A stretch of DNA of 64,000 nt from Eubacteriales bacterium (GCA_030525875.1 JAUNDV010000007.1:1766-65765); one strand, 5' to 3'; positions 40,598 to 50,970 are shown, counted from the first letter of the stretch. Program-made: numbers and translations. The notes: generated from the letters alone by a model not told the origin.

Positions 40598-41626
40598 CTA
40601 TCTTCTTTCTTTATATAATATCCTGCAAAGGCAGTGATATATCCTGTACATTTTATTTTTTAGCAGAAAATGTGCTGTTTTAGTCTTGATATCCTTTGGT
40701 CTGGTTTCCTTCAGAAGCTCTGAAAATGCAGGATTTTTGCAAAATCCCTTTAGGCAGTCGAGCTTTTTATCATTTTCATAAGCAGAATACCTGTACATCA
40801 GTCCGTTAAAGGACAAAATATGAAAAAGCATTCTTAAATGTAGCTCGTTCTTTATATCTGGCTTTCCTGAATCAGCTATAAATATATCCATGGCTTCCAT
40901 TACTGGAAAGCAGGTACTGATACCATCCTCATGAAAGCTTGAGATAAGACTTTCCCCAAATCCATGCTGTACATAATTCATAAAGACCTTGCTTATCACA
41001 GATATTTTGTTACAGGCGTTAAGATATCTAAGGCAAAATAATATATCCTCATTTATCTGCCTGCCTTCTTCATAATATATAGAATTATTTCTTATAATAT
41101 CCAGCTTGTAAAGCTTATTGCTATGCGTACTTATGAGCCTTTTGTCATACATAGCTACGAGTGGCCCGTTTATAAATCCTGCCTTGTCAAAGCAGGAATC
41201 TATATTTACTGCAAACTCCTCTGTCCTTCCATCTGCATATACATTTCTAAAGCCACATATAACAGTATCTGATTCATCCGTCCTTAGTCTTTCGTACATT
41301 TTTTCAAACATATCCTGATCCAGATAATCATCATCATCCAAGGTAACAAGATATGTTCCCTGAGCCATCCTTATGCCTGCATTTCTGGCTGAAGATACTC
41401 CGCCATTTTCTTTATTGATAGCCCTAAGCTCCGGATATTTCTTCTGAAGTCTCTCTATGCACTGCCGGGTTCCGTCCTTTGAGCCGTCATTTACAACTAT
41501 AAGCTCTACATTTTTATATGTCTGGCCATAAACCGAGTCCACAGCTCTTTCCAAGGTTTCCTCAGCATTGTATGCAGGGATAACTACTGATATTTTTTCT
41601 TTACGTCCTGAAAATGCTTCCGCCAT
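40598..41626 (-). CDS. Glycosyltransferase family 2
   Basis: 342 aa. ISVVIPAYNAEETLERAVDSVYGQTYKNVELIVVNDGSKDGT, with DDDD as the DxD region. Confidence 0.88.
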   Translation of the reverse strand: MAEAFSGRKEKISVVIPAYNAEETLERAVDSVYGQTYKNVELIVVNDGSKDGTRQCIERLQKKYPELRAINKENGGVSSARNAGIRMAQGTYLVTLDDDDYLDQDMFEKMYERLRTDESDTVICGFRNVYADGRTEEFAVNIDSCFDKAGFINGPLVAMYDKRLISTHSNKLYKLDIIRNNSIYYEEGRQINEDILFCLRYLNACNKISVISKVFMNYVQHGFGESLISSFHEDGISTCFPVMEAMDIFIADSGKPDIKNELHLRMLFHILSFNGLMYRYSAYENDKKLDCLKGFCKNPAFSELLKETRPKDIKTKTAHFLLKNKMYRIYHCLCRILYKERR

Positions 41627-41630
41627 CCTA

Positions 41631-42587
41631 TCACCCCAAAATACCCATTTTTGCCATAAGCCAGGTTTCTATAAGCACTATCTTCTGTATAAATGAAAAT
41701 AGCATTTTCCTAAAAGCTCCTGCTTCCAGATATTTTTCCATATAGTATCGCTCTGATTCCTGTCTGAATCTCTGCCTTTTTATAGCATTATTTCCATTTT
41801 TTGATATAGTATGTGAGCCCTCGTGATAATATCCCTTGTCCAATATACAAAATGATCTAAAGCCTTGACGTTTTATTCTCTGGGCAAGGATATCTTCCTC
41901 GCAGTAAAGGAAAACCTGCTCATCATAGCCTCCGCATTTTGCAAATTTTTCTGTATCGACCATGAGAAGAGAGCCATGGACTGCCTCTGCCTCAATATAT
42001 GTATTTCCCTTAGCTGTGGTTTTTCTTGCTGTTTCAAAATAAGCTCTGCCGTAGTTTAAACTATTTTTAAAGAGTCTTTTTAAAACAGGCCCTGCATAGG
42101 CTATATACTTAACTGCGCTTCTAAGCGGCCAGGCAGAGGATATAAATTCTTCATAGCTTATCCCGCTATCCTTTTCTCTCATTACTGCACCAACAACTGC
42201 TGTCTTTTCTTCCTGACAAAATACATCCAGCATAGCGCTTATATCTGTTTCGCAAAAAATGGAATCCGGATTTGCAACCACAGCATGTGTACAGCCAAGT
42301 ATTTCTCTTGAATAATTTATACCGCAGTTATTGCCATAGCCATAGCCGCCATTTTTATCATTTTCAATTAAAATAAAGCGTGGATTTTCAGAACGTGGAT
42401 TTTCAGAGCAAGAGGCTGACTCGTTTAGCATTTTTAGATAAGCACTTATATCCCTGACACTTTCATCTGATGAACAGTTATCCACGACAACTATAAAATT
42501 AAAAATACTAAAATCCTTTATTCTTTCTACAGAAGCTATAGTTCCTTCGGAATCATTGTAATTTAATATAACAGCTGAAATACTCAT
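41631..42587 (-). CDS. Glycosyltransferase family 2
   Basis: 318 aa. ISAVILNYNDSEGTIASV...VVVDNCSSDES. Contains an in-frame SENPR-SENPR duplication. Confidence 0.85.
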   Translation of the reverse strand: MSISAVILNYNDSEGTIASVERIKDFSIFNFIVVVDNCSSDESVRDISAYLKMLNESASCSENPRSENPRFILIENDKNGGYGYGNNCGINYSREILGCTHAVVANPDSIFCETDISAMLDVFCQEEKTAVVGAVMREKDSGISYEEFISSAWPLRSAVKYIAYAGPVLKRLFKNSLNYGRAYFETARKTTAKGNTYIEAEAVHGSLLMVDTEKFAKCGGYDEQVFLYCEEDILAQRIKRQGFRSFCILDKGYYHEGSHTISKNGNNAIKRQRFRQESERYYMEKYLEAGAFRKMLFSFIQKIVLIETWLMAKMGILG

Positions 42588-43579
42588 TTATTTTTTTCTC
42601 CATCAGATATAAACTTCTTGTAGTAAAATCCGGATATTAGCTTTCTTATGCCCGGGCAAAGTCTGGTCATAAGGTTCATGACATGATACAAAAGCATGTA
42701 AAGTCCCCTTCCCTCCACAAGTGGCTCGTCCTTCCACGGAGTAAGTGACTTATAATGCATAAATTCCTTCTTGTATGGATTGAAACTTCCCTTTATCCAT
42801 GGTCTTTCATCCCCGGCAAAATGCACTATCTTTGGCGCTTTGTAGGCAAGCTTCCATTCAGACTTAGTCATACAATTTGCATACCAGCTTACATTTTTAG
42901 TCAGATATCTGAAGCTTTGATAATAATAATTTGTAATGAAGTTGTAGGTCTGTGATACTATCTTTATCCTGTCCTTTAGCGCAAAATTTATAAGATCCTG
43001 ATCTGAAAATGGCAACGAGCCGTTATTTTCCTTATAAAAGTCCATGGCATTTTCAAGTATTTTTTCTTTTGCCCAAAGCTCTGTATCTATAAGTATCATA
43101 CCGGCATTAAAATACGGATCACTGACTTTAAGTCCCAGTCTTTCCTTTACCTCAGGATAGATGGTTGGCTCTGCTGCCATTGCTGCCACCTTTCCTGAAA
43201 GCTCAGTTTCCCACAGCCCTGAAAGCTCTGAAAGTACCAGCGTATCACAGTCGAGATATAATATTCGGCCTATGTCACTTGGCAAAAGTCTCACAGCAAA
43301 TAATCTTGCGAGAGCTGTTATTGTAAATTTGCCTGCATTTACATAACCACCTGCAAGCTCCTTTACAAGCTCCTCGAAACCGCAAAGATCATAAAAGCTG
43401 ATCTTTCTTTCATAACCTTCTGCCAGCCCGCTAAGCTTAGCCTTTGAATTTTCTGATATATTGTTTCCCAATATGTGAACTCTAAGTTCTTTAACATTTT
43501 TGTTATTTTCATATAAGGAACATATACTTACAGCTGTATATTTAACATATCCATCGTCACAGTTATATACTATATCCAT
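42584..43579 (-). CDS. Glycosyltransferase family 8
   Basis: 331 aa. YLDCDTLV (DxD) and a GT8-type fold pattern. Overlaps neighbouring genes by 1-4 nt. Confidence 0.85.
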   Translation of the reverse strand: MDIVYNCDDGYVKYTAVSICSLYENNKNVKELRVHILGNNISENSKAKLSGLAEGYERKISFYDLCGFEELVKELAGGYVNAGKFTITALARLFAVRLLPSDIGRILYLDCDTLVLSELSGLWETELSGKVAAMAAEPTIYPEVKERLGLKVSDPYFNAGMILIDTELWAKEKILENAMDFYKENNGSLPFSDQDLINFALKDRIKIVSQTYNFITNYYYQSFRYLTKNVSWYANCMTKSEWKLAYKAPKIVHFAGDERPWIKGSFNPYKKEFMHYKSLTPWKDEPLVEGRGLYMLLYHVMNLMTRLCPGIRKLISGFYYKKFISDGEKNK

Positions 43580-44706
43580 TACTTAAATTCTTCTTCACAA
43601 AACTCAAATGCTGCAGCAATGACCTTGTCCATATCGTAATACTGATATGCGCCAAGTCGGCCTCCAAAGATTACTCTTGGCTTTCCATCAGCTCTGTCCT
43701 TATTCATCTGCTCAGCCTTTTCCTTATACCTTTTGTATATTTCCTGATTTTTCTGGTCATTTACAGGATAATATGGCTCCATTCCCTTTTCAAAGTCTAC
43801 AGGGTATTCCTTGGTTATTACGGTCTTATCGCCCTTTCCAAACTCAAAATGCTTATGCTCTATAATTCTTGTATAAGGCGTTTCCCTGTCTGTATAATTC
43901 ACAACAGCATTTCCCTGATAATCCGCCTTATCCAGAAGCTCTGTTTCAAATCTAAGACTTCTATATTCAAGCTCTCCCTCGGAAAAGTCAAAATATTCAT
44001 CTATAGGACCTGTGTAAATAATATTTTTGCACAGCTTTGACAGCTCTTCCCTATGGGGAAGGAAGTTTGTATTAAGCCTTATATCCGCTCCCTCAAAAAG
44101 CTTGTTGATCCAGACATTATATCCACCCTCAGGTATCCCCTGATATCTGTCATTAAAATAATTATTGTCGTAATAATATCTTACAGGCAGTCTCTTTATG
44201 ATAAATGAAGGAAGTTCCTTGCAATCCTTTCCCCACTGCTTTTCTGTATATCCCTTGATAAGCTTTCTGTAAATATCTTCGCCCACAAGACTTATAGCCT
44301 GCTCCTCAAGATTCTTAGGCTCTCCCTTGATGGAAGCTCTCTGGGACTCTATTTTTGCTCTTGCCTCATCTGGTGTAATAACACCCCACATGCGGTTAAA
44401 GGTATTCATATTAAATGGAAGATTATATATTTCTCCCTTGTAATTTGCTATTGGTGAATTAGTATATCTGTTGCACTCACCTAAGGAATTTACAAAATCC
44501 CAGATTTTTCTGTCATTTGTATGAAAAATGTGAGCTCCATATTTGTGCACATTTATTCCTTCTATCTCCTCGCAATATACATTTCCACCAAGCTCCGGTC
44601 TTTTATCTACTACAAGACAGCTTTTTCCTGCCTTTCTTGCATAATATGAAATAACTCCATTGAAGAGACCTGCTCCTACAAGCAGATAGTCATATTTTTT
44701 ATCCAT
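43579..44706 (-). CDS. glf: UDP-galactopyranose mutase
   Basis: 375 aa. FAD motif YLLVGAGLFNG plus GAHIFHT and RFETE blocks typical of Glf. Confidence 0.93.
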   Translation of the reverse strand: MDKKYDYLLVGAGLFNGVISYYARKAGKSCLVVDKRPELGGNVYCEEIEGINVHKYGAHIFHTNDRKIWDFVNSLGECNRYTNSPIANYKGEIYNLPFNMNTFNRMWGVITPDEARAKIESQRASIKGEPKNLEEQAISLVGEDIYRKLIKGYTEKQWGKDCKELPSFIIKRLPVRYYYDNNYFNDRYQGIPEGGYNVWINKLFEGADIRLNTNFLPHREELSKLCKNIIYTGPIDEYFDFSEGELEYRSLRFETELLDKADYQGNAVVNYTDRETPYTRIIEHKHFEFGKGDKTVITKEYPVDFEKGMEPYYPVNDQKNQEIYKRYKEKAEQMNKDRADGKPRVIFGGRLGAYQYYDMDKVIAAAFEFCEEEFK

Positions 44707-46413
44707 TTATCTTTCCCTCTTTATCTGTTCAAGCTCTTCCTTATAGAACAGCTTGTTGATAGCCGCAAACAAACCTCTAAGTGAGGCTCTCATTGTATTT
44801 CCTGAACGTCCTACTCCAAATGCTGTCTCTCCTGTATCGAGATTCATAAGCTGTACATAAGCTACAGCATTTGCAGATGATCCCTGTCCAAGTGCGTGCT
44901 CACTATAGTCCATAATACGCATCTGAAGTCCAAGTGCCTCCTCCAAAGCATACTGTGAGGCATCCAAAGGACCATTTCCAAGTCCCTTTATATTCTTTTT
45001 CTGACCATGATCCGTATACATGAGATCTACAAGTGTCTGTCTCTCTCCATGATCAAAGGCAGTATCGACAATTCCAATTCCTTCAAAATGAAGTGGTGCT
45101 TTGGCATCTATATATGTATCCACAAACAGATTGTATACCTCTGCCGGCTCTATCTCACCTCTGTTCTCACTCACATTTTGTATAACCTGTGCAAATTCAC
45201 TGTACATAGCCTTTGGAAGCTTATATCCATAGAAGGATTCCATAACAAAGGCAACTCCGCCCTTTCCGGACTGTGAGTTTATCCTTACTATTGGCTCGTA
45301 CTTTCTTCCTATGTCTGACGGATCTATAGGCAGATAAGGAACAGCCCATATGTTAGAGCCTGTTTTTTCCATCATATGAAGGCCCTTATTTATTGCGTCC
45401 TGATGTGAGCCTGAAAATGCTGTAAATACCAGCTTTCCAGCATAGGGATGTCTGTCTGAGACCTGCATGCCCGTACATCTTTCATATATCTCCTGAATTT
45501 CGGGTTCATTTTCCAGATTAAGCTTAGGATCAATTCCATGAGCAAACATATTGTAGGCTAAAACAAGCAGGTCAGCATTTCCAGTTCGTTCTCCATTTCC
45601 AAAGAGTGTACCTTCAATTCTTTCAGCTCCTGCCAGGAGTCCCATTTCTGATGCAGCTACTCCTGTTCCTCTGTCGTTGTGAGGATGTATACACAAAGTG
45701 AATTTTTCTCTGTCTGAAAGATTATTATTCATCCACTCAACCATATCTGCATATACATTTGGAGTGAGCTCCTCTACCGTAGATGGAAGAGATATGATGA
45801 GTTCATTTCCCGGTCCCGGATTCCAGATATCCTTTACTGCTTCACATATTTCCTTTGCAAACTTGAGATCTGATCCTGTAAATGACTCAGCCGTATATTC
45901 AAGGATAAACTCTCCCGGAAACTCGCTTTCCCATCTAAGCTCCTGCACGAGCTTTACCGCCCTTGTCGCCATGTATTTTACTGCGCCTGAGTCCTTATGA
46001 AAGACTACATCCCTCTGAAGATTTGAAATTGAATTGTATATATTAAAAATTACCTTATCAATCCCCTCAATTGCTTCAAAAGTTCTACGTATCTGTGTAT
46101 CTCTGCACTGGGAAATTACCTGTATATATACATCGTCAGGTATCAGCTTTCTTTCTACAAGCTGTCTCACAAATTCAAATTCGACCTGTGATGCAGCCGG
46201 AAAGCCAATTTCAATTTCCTTAAATCCAAGGTCACAAAGAAGCTTAAAAAATTCTATTTTTTCTTCTATATTCATTGGATTTACAAGCGCCTGATTTCCA
46301 TCTCTTAAATCTACAGAACACCACCTTGGAGCCTTAGTAAGTGTTTTGTCAGGCCAGGTTCTTTCTTTGTAATCCAGTATTGGAAGAGGTTTATATCTTT
46401 CATAATTGCGCAT
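44707..46413 (-). CDS. leuA: 2-isopropylmalate synthase (long, LeuA type 2)
   Basis: 568 aa. RWCSVDLRDGNQAL, HPHNDRGTGVA and a C-terminal LeuA dimerisation/regulatory domain. Its stop codon abuts the glf start codon. Confidence 0.9.
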   Translation of the reverse strand: MRNYERYKPLPILDYKERTWPDKTLTKAPRWCSVDLRDGNQALVNPMNIEEKIEFFKLLCDLGFKEIEIGFPAASQVEFEFVRQLVERKLIPDDVYIQVISQCRDTQIRRTFEAIEGIDKVIFNIYNSISNLQRDVVFHKDSGAVKYMATRAVKLVQELRWESEFPGEFILEYTAESFTGSDLKFAKEICEAVKDIWNPGPGNELIISLPSTVEELTPNVYADMVEWMNNNLSDREKFTLCIHPHNDRGTGVAASEMGLLAGAERIEGTLFGNGERTGNADLLVLAYNMFAHGIDPKLNLENEPEIQEIYERCTGMQVSDRHPYAGKLVFTAFSGSHQDAINKGLHMMEKTGSNIWAVPYLPIDPSDIGRKYEPIVRINSQSGKGGVAFVMESFYGYKLPKAMYSEFAQVIQNVSENRGEIEPAEVYNLFVDTYIDAKAPLHFEGIGIVDTAFDHGERQTLVDLMYTDHGQKKNIKGLGNGPLDASQYALEEALGLQMRIMDYSEHALGQGSSANAVAYVQLMNLDTGETAFGVGRSGNTMRASLRGLFAAINKLFYKEELEQIKRER

Positions 46414-46438
46414 AATTATTTCCCCTCGTAAAACATAA

Positions 46439-46463
46439 GCGCCTCAGTAAAAATACGAGGCGC
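46439..46463 (-). terminator. Hairpin (weak terminator or attenuator) between glmM and leuA
   Basis: Minus strand reads GCGCCTCG-TATTTTTAC-TGAGGCGC followed by TTATGTTTTAC. Only 69 nt separate glmM from leuA. Confidence 0.4.
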
Positions 46464-46482
46464 AGGTTTTATATCTTTTATA

Positions 46483-47838
46483 TCAGTCTATTGCAAGACC
46501 CTCTGATTTTATTACAGCTACGACCTTATCAACCATTGCTTCACAGCATTCCTCAGTCTCAGCCTCTACCATAACTCTGATCAAAGGTTCTGTTCCAGAT
46601 TCTCTTACCAGGATTCTTCCTGAATCAGAAAGCAAAGCTTCAACCTCCCTGATTGCTTCTGCTATCTTAAGGTTTCCTAGTGCTTCCTTTTTATCCTTTA
46701 CTCTTACATTCTTGAGACACTGAGGATACATAGGACAGCCCTCCATAAGCTTTGAAACCGGCTGCTTTGAGTCCAGGAGTACCTCCATAAGCATAAGAGA
46801 GGTAAGGATACCATCTCCGGTTGTTGCATATTTTGAGAAAATGATATGCCCTGACTGCTCACCTCCAAGTGAATATCCATTCTGAACCATTGATTCGTAG
46901 ACAAATCTGTCTCCGACCTTGGTCTTTTCGTAGGAAATTCCTTCTTTATCAAGAGCCTTTATAAGTCCCAGATTAGACATAACTGTGACTACGAGTGTAT
47001 TATCCTTAAGCTTGCCCTCTGCCTTCATGCTCTTAGCACAGGCATACATTATCTGGTCGCCATTTACAAGATTACCCTTCTCATCTACACAAAGACATCT
47101 GTCAGCATCTCCATCATAGGCAAAGCCTATATCACACTTTTCCTGAATAACGAATTCTCTCAGCTTATCCATATGTGTTGAACCAACCTGGTCATTGATA
47201 TTTAAACCATTTGGTTCATTTGCCATAACATGTGTATGTGCTCCAAGTGCATCAAATACTGGCTTTGCAATAGATGAAGCTGAGCCATTTGCACAGTCAA
47301 GTGCTATATGCTTATTCTTGAATGATTTTTTAGCAACAGATATAAGATATCCGATATAACGGTTTCTTCCGGCAGCATAATCTACGGTTCTTCCTATGTT
47401 CTCTCTTTCTGCATAAGGAAGCTCTCCTATCCTGCCGTCCAGATATTCCTCTATCTTGTCTATGGTTTCATCATCCAGCTTCTCGCCATTTCCATTTATA
47501 ACTTTAATTCCATTGTCATAAAAAGGATTGTGTGAAGCTGAAATCATTACTCCACAGTCAAACTCATCAACTCTTGTTATATATGAAACTGAAGGAGTAG
47601 TTGTTACATGCATAAGATATGCATCTGCACCTGAAGCTGTAATACCAGCTGACAGAGCATCCTCAAACATATATGAGGATCTTCTTGTATCCTTTCCGAT
47701 TACTATCCTGCAGCTATTGTCAGGATTTTTCTCCTTATAGTACCAGCCCAAAAAGCGTCCGACCTTGAATGCATCCAAAACTGTCAGATCCTTATTAGCT
47801 TCACCTCTAAATCCATCTGTTCCAAAATACTTTCCCAT
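46483..47838 (-). CDS. glmM: Phosphoglucosamine mutase
   Basis: 451 aa. YFGTDGFRG, active-site SASHNP and GGEQSGH blocks. Confidence 0.95.
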   Translation of the reverse strand: MGKYFGTDGFRGEANKDLTVLDAFKVGRFLGWYYKEKNPDNSCRIVIGKDTRRSSYMFEDALSAGITASGADAYLMHVTTTPSVSYITRVDEFDCGVMISASHNPFYDNGIKVINGNGEKLDDETIDKIEEYLDGRIGELPYAERENIGRTVDYAAGRNRYIGYLISVAKKSFKNKHIALDCANGSASSIAKPVFDALGAHTHVMANEPNGLNINDQVGSTHMDKLREFVIQEKCDIGFAYDGDADRCLCVDEKGNLVNGDQIMYACAKSMKAEGKLKDNTLVVTVMSNLGLIKALDKEGISYEKTKVGDRFVYESMVQNGYSLGGEQSGHIIFSKYATTGDGILTSLMLMEVLLDSKQPVSKLMEGCPMYPQCLKNVRVKDKKEALGNLKIAEAIREVEALLSDSGRILVRESGTEPLIRVMVEAETEECCEAMVDKVVAVIKSEGLAID

Positions 47839-48693
47839 TTAACCAAGCTCTCCTAATTCCTGTAAATATCTGTAAAGTGCGTCCTGCCATTTAGGAAGTT
47901 CCTCAAAGCCATTTTCCCTGAGCTTTGAAAGGTCCATTCTTGAATTATTAGGGCGTTTTGCCTTTGTTGGATACTGGTCTGAGCTGACCGGAGTTACCTT
48001 TACGTTTCTTCCTGCAAGCTTAAAGATTTCCTCAGCAAACTCATACCAGCTGCAGATTCCTGTATTTGCAGCATGATAAGTACCATACCTGTCTGTTTCT
48101 ATCATATCTACTGCTATTCTGGCAAGATCCGGTGTGTAGCTAGGACTTCCTACCTGATCCGCTACAACAGTAAGACTGTCATGTGTTTCTGAAAGCTTAA
48201 GCATAGTCTTAACAAAGTTTTTGCCATTTAAGCCATAGACCCACTGTATTCTAACTATAAAATGCTTGTCTGGAACATATTTTCTTACAGCCTCTTCTCC
48301 TTCATACTTGGTAAGTCCATACAGATTAAGAGGCTCTGCCTTGTCGTCCGGCTTCCAAAAATTCTCTCCCTGACCATTGAAAACGTAGTCAGTAGAAAAA
48401 TACATCATTGGAATATTAAGCTCACCGCATACCTTTGCAATATTTTCTGTTCCATATGCATTTACAGCTCTGCATTTATCTACATTATCCTCTGCTGCAT
48501 CTACAGCTGTCCAGGCTGCACAATGTATAACAGCCTGAATTCCAGCTTCATTTATAACTCTTCTTACAGCCTCAGGATCTGTGATATCCATCTCTTCAAT
48601 ATCTACGCCAATGCCTTCAATATTTCTCTTTGCAAGCTCCAGCATGATATCGTGTCCAAGCTGTCCTTTAACACCGGTTACAAAAACTCTCAT
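47839..48693 (-). CDS. rfbD: dTDP-4-dehydrorhamnose reductase
   Basis: 284 aa. Short-chain Rossmann motif VTGVKGQLG, STDYVF and YGLTK blocks typical of RmlD. Confidence 0.92.
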   Translation of the reverse strand: MRVFVTGVKGQLGHDIMLELAKRNIEGIGVDIEEMDITDPEAVRRVINEAGIQAVIHCAAWTAVDAAEDNVDKCRAVNAYGTENIAKVCGELNIPMMYFSTDYVFNGQGENFWKPDDKAEPLNLYGLTKYEGEEAVRKYVPDKHFIVRIQWVYGLNGKNFVKTMLKLSETHDSLTVVADQVGSPSYTPDLARIAVDMIETDRYGTYHAANTGICSWYEFAEEIFKLAGRNVKVTPVSSDQYPTKAKRPNNSRMDLSKLRENGFEELPKWQDALYRYLQELGELG

Positions 48694-48710
48694 TTATTTT
48701 GCTCCTGTAA

Positions 48711-49733
48711 TTAAACTCTGTCCTTATACATTTCCTTAAAGTAGTTCTGATATTCTCCGGAAATGATTCTCTTCCACCAGTCCTCATTGTCAAGATACCA
48801 CTGTATTGTCTGACGTATTCCTGTATCAAAGTTATACTTTGGCTTCCATCCAAGCTCTCTCTCAAGCTTTGCAGGGTCAATAGCATATCTTCTGTCATGT
48901 CCTGGTCTGTCCTTAACATATTTTATAAGTGATTCAGGCTTTCCTACTGCCTCAAGTATAGTCTTTACTACCTGAAGATTTGTTCTCTCATTGTGTCCGC
49001 CTATGTTGTAAATCTCTCCAACCTTACCATTTCTGACAATAAGGTCTATAGCCTTGCAATGATCCTCTACGTGGAGCCAGTCTCTTACATTTGCTCCATC
49101 TCCATATACTGGAAGTTCCTCATCAGCAAGTGCCCTGCTTATCATAAGAGGTATGAGCTTCTCTGGGAACTGATACTGTCCATAGTTATTTGAACATCTT
49201 GAAATTGTTACAGGAATTCCAAATGTTCTGTGATATGCCATAACAAACATATCTGCTGAAGCCTTTGATGCTGAATAAGGGCTTGAAGCATGGAGAGGTG
49301 TTGTCTCTGTGAAGAAAAGGTCAGGTCTGTCCAAAGGAAGATCTCCATAAACCTCATCTGTTGATACCTGATGATATCTCTTTATTCCAAACTGCTTACA
49401 TGCATCAAGAAGTGTTGTTGTGCCATTTACATTTGTAACAACAAACTCCTCAGGATGCTCAACTGAACGGTCTACGTGTGACTCAGCTGCAAAGTTTATG
49501 ATTACGTCTGGCTTAACCTCTTCAAAAAGATCGAATACAAACTTACGGTCTGCAATATCGCCCTTTACAAAGCGGTAGTTTGGTTTATTTTCAATTGATT
49601 TAAGATTCTCAAGATTACCTGCATAAGTAAGCTTGTCAAGATTAATGATCATATCCTCTGGATATTCATTAACAAGATACTGTACCATTACACTGCCTAT
49701 AAATCCGGCTCCACCTGTTACTATAATCTTCAT
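48711..49733 (-). CDS. rfbB: dTDP-glucose 4,6-dehydratase
   Basis: MKIIVTGGAGFIGS..., with STDEVYG and YSASKA motifs. The track ORF starts four codons earlier at a GTG (49745), so the true start is uncertain. Confidence 0.93.
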   Translation of the reverse strand: MKIIVTGGAGFIGSVMVQYLVNEYPEDMIINLDKLTYAGNLENLKSIENKPNYRFVKGDIADRKFVFDLFEEVKPDVIINFAAESHVDRSVEHPEEFVVTNVNGTTTLLDACKQFGIKRYHQVSTDEVYGDLPLDRPDLFFTETTPLHASSPYSASKASADMFVMAYHRTFGIPVTISRCSNNYGQYQFPEKLIPLMISRALADEELPVYGDGANVRDWLHVEDHCKAIDLIVRNGKVGEIYNIGGHNERTNLQVVKTILEAVGKPESLIKYVKDRPGHDRRYAIDPAKLERELGWKPKYNFDTGIRQTIQWYLDNEDWWKRIISGEYQNYFKEMYKDRV

Positions 49734-49810
49734 AGTATTTACCACAGCATTAAAAATGCTGCTCCTTTCTTAAATATCATCGATAAAATATATACATTTG
49801 GAATTATAAT

Positions 49811-49845
49811 AGCATAAAACCGTATGGTTTTCTACCATACGGTTT
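49811..49845 (-). terminator. Rho-independent terminator after the DUF4250-like micro-ORF
   Basis: Minus strand reads AAACCGTATGG-TAGAAA-CCATACGGTTT followed by TATGCTATT. Confidence 0.7.
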
Positions 49846-49857
49846 CATCAAATTATA

Positions 49858-50037
49858 TCATATATACTGTTTATTTTCACTGTTATATACATATCCGAGC
49901 TCATTTAGCTTCTTATCTATATCCTTGGGAGATATTTCATAATAAGCACACAGATCCTCAAGATCATCAAATTCGTCTCTAAGTCTTGTATTTACAAAGC
50001 TCAACAGCATAACAGGATCGTTAGGAATAGAATTCAT
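49858..50037 (-). CDS. 59-aa protein, DUF4250-like
   Basis: Below the ORF-track size cutoff. Manual translation gives [59 protein letters not shown]. Its ATG overlaps the rfbA stop (TAATG). The family assignment is from memory of the PVMLLSxVNTxLRD motif. Confidence 0.65.
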   Translation of the reverse strand: MNSIPNDPVMLLSFVNTRLRDEFDDLEDLCAYYEISPKDIDKKLNELGYVYNSENKQYI

Positions 50038-50933
50038 TACTTCTTCTCCGAAAGCTTATCTACATACTTTCCATCAAGTACATCCTTGAGGTACTTGCCA
50101 TACTGATTCTTCTTAAGTACCTCATATGACTCCATTACCTGCTCTCTTGAGATCCAGCCATTGAGGTATGCTATCTCTTCAAGGCAGGCAATTTTTCTGT
50201 GCTGATGTGTTTCTATAGTTCTTACAAAATTCCCTGCATCTACAAGTGACTCGTGAGTACCTGTATCAAGCCATGTAAAGCCCTGTCCAAGAAGCTCAAC
50301 ATCCAGCTCTCCATTTTCAAGATAAATCTTATTAAGATCTGTTATCTCAAGCTCTCCTCTTGCTGATGGCTTAAGATTCTTGGCATACTCTACTACCTTA
50401 TTGTCGTAGAAATAAAGTCCTGTTACACAGTAGTTTGACTTTGGATGCTCTGGCTTTTCTTCGATCGAAACAGCTTTTCCATTTTCATCAAATTCAACTA
50501 TTCCAAATCTCTCAGGATCGTCTACATAATATCCAAATACTGTAGCTCCGCTCTGCTTTGATGCTGCCTTTCTAAGTCTCTTTGTAAAACCATGACCATG
50601 GAAGATATTATCTCCAAGCACCATTGCAACGCTGTCATCCCCGATGAAATCTTCACCAATGATAAATGCCTGTGCCAGTCCGTCCGGTGATGGCTGAACC
50701 TTGTACTCAAGATTTATTCCAAACTGGTGTCCGTCCTCAAGAAGCTCCTTGAATCTAGGAGTATCATTAGGTGTTGAAATAATAAGTATATCCTTTATGC
50801 CAGCATTCATAAGGACTGACAATGGATAGTAGATCATAGGCTTATCATAAATAGGCAAAAGTTGCTTTGATGTTACCTTTGTCAGCGGATAGAGTCTTGT
50901 TCCTGATCCTCCCGCCAAAATGATTCCTTTCAT
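50037..50933 (-). CDS. rfbA: Glucose-1-phosphate thymidylyltransferase
   Basis: 298 aa. [18 protein letters not shown] and a full RmlA profile. Confidence 0.96.
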   Translation of the reverse strand: MKGIILAGGSGTRLYPLTKVTSKQLLPIYDKPMIYYPLSVLMNAGIKDILIISTPNDTPRFKELLEDGHQFGINLEYKVQPSPDGLAQAFIIGEDFIGDDSVAMVLGDNIFHGHGFTKRLRKAASKQSGATVFGYYVDDPERFGIVEFDENGKAVSIEEKPEHPKSNYCVTGLYFYDNKVVEYAKNLKPSARGELEITDLNKIYLENGELDVELLGQGFTWLDTGTHESLVDAGNFVRTIETHQHRKIACLEEIAYLNGWISREQVMESYEVLKKNQYGKYLKDVLDGKYVDKLSEKK

Positions 50934-50970
50934 TTGTAAATTCCTCCGTATTTATATTCACAAATTATTT

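Noticed and set aside
49734-49790. Three-codon upstream mini-ORF (ATG CTG TGG TAA) with an RBS ahead of rfbB, as a possible leader-peptide control
   Set aside because: It is too short and unsupported by any conserved attenuator structure. It more likely just reflects uncertainty about the rfbB start (GTG at 49745 versus ATG at 49733).
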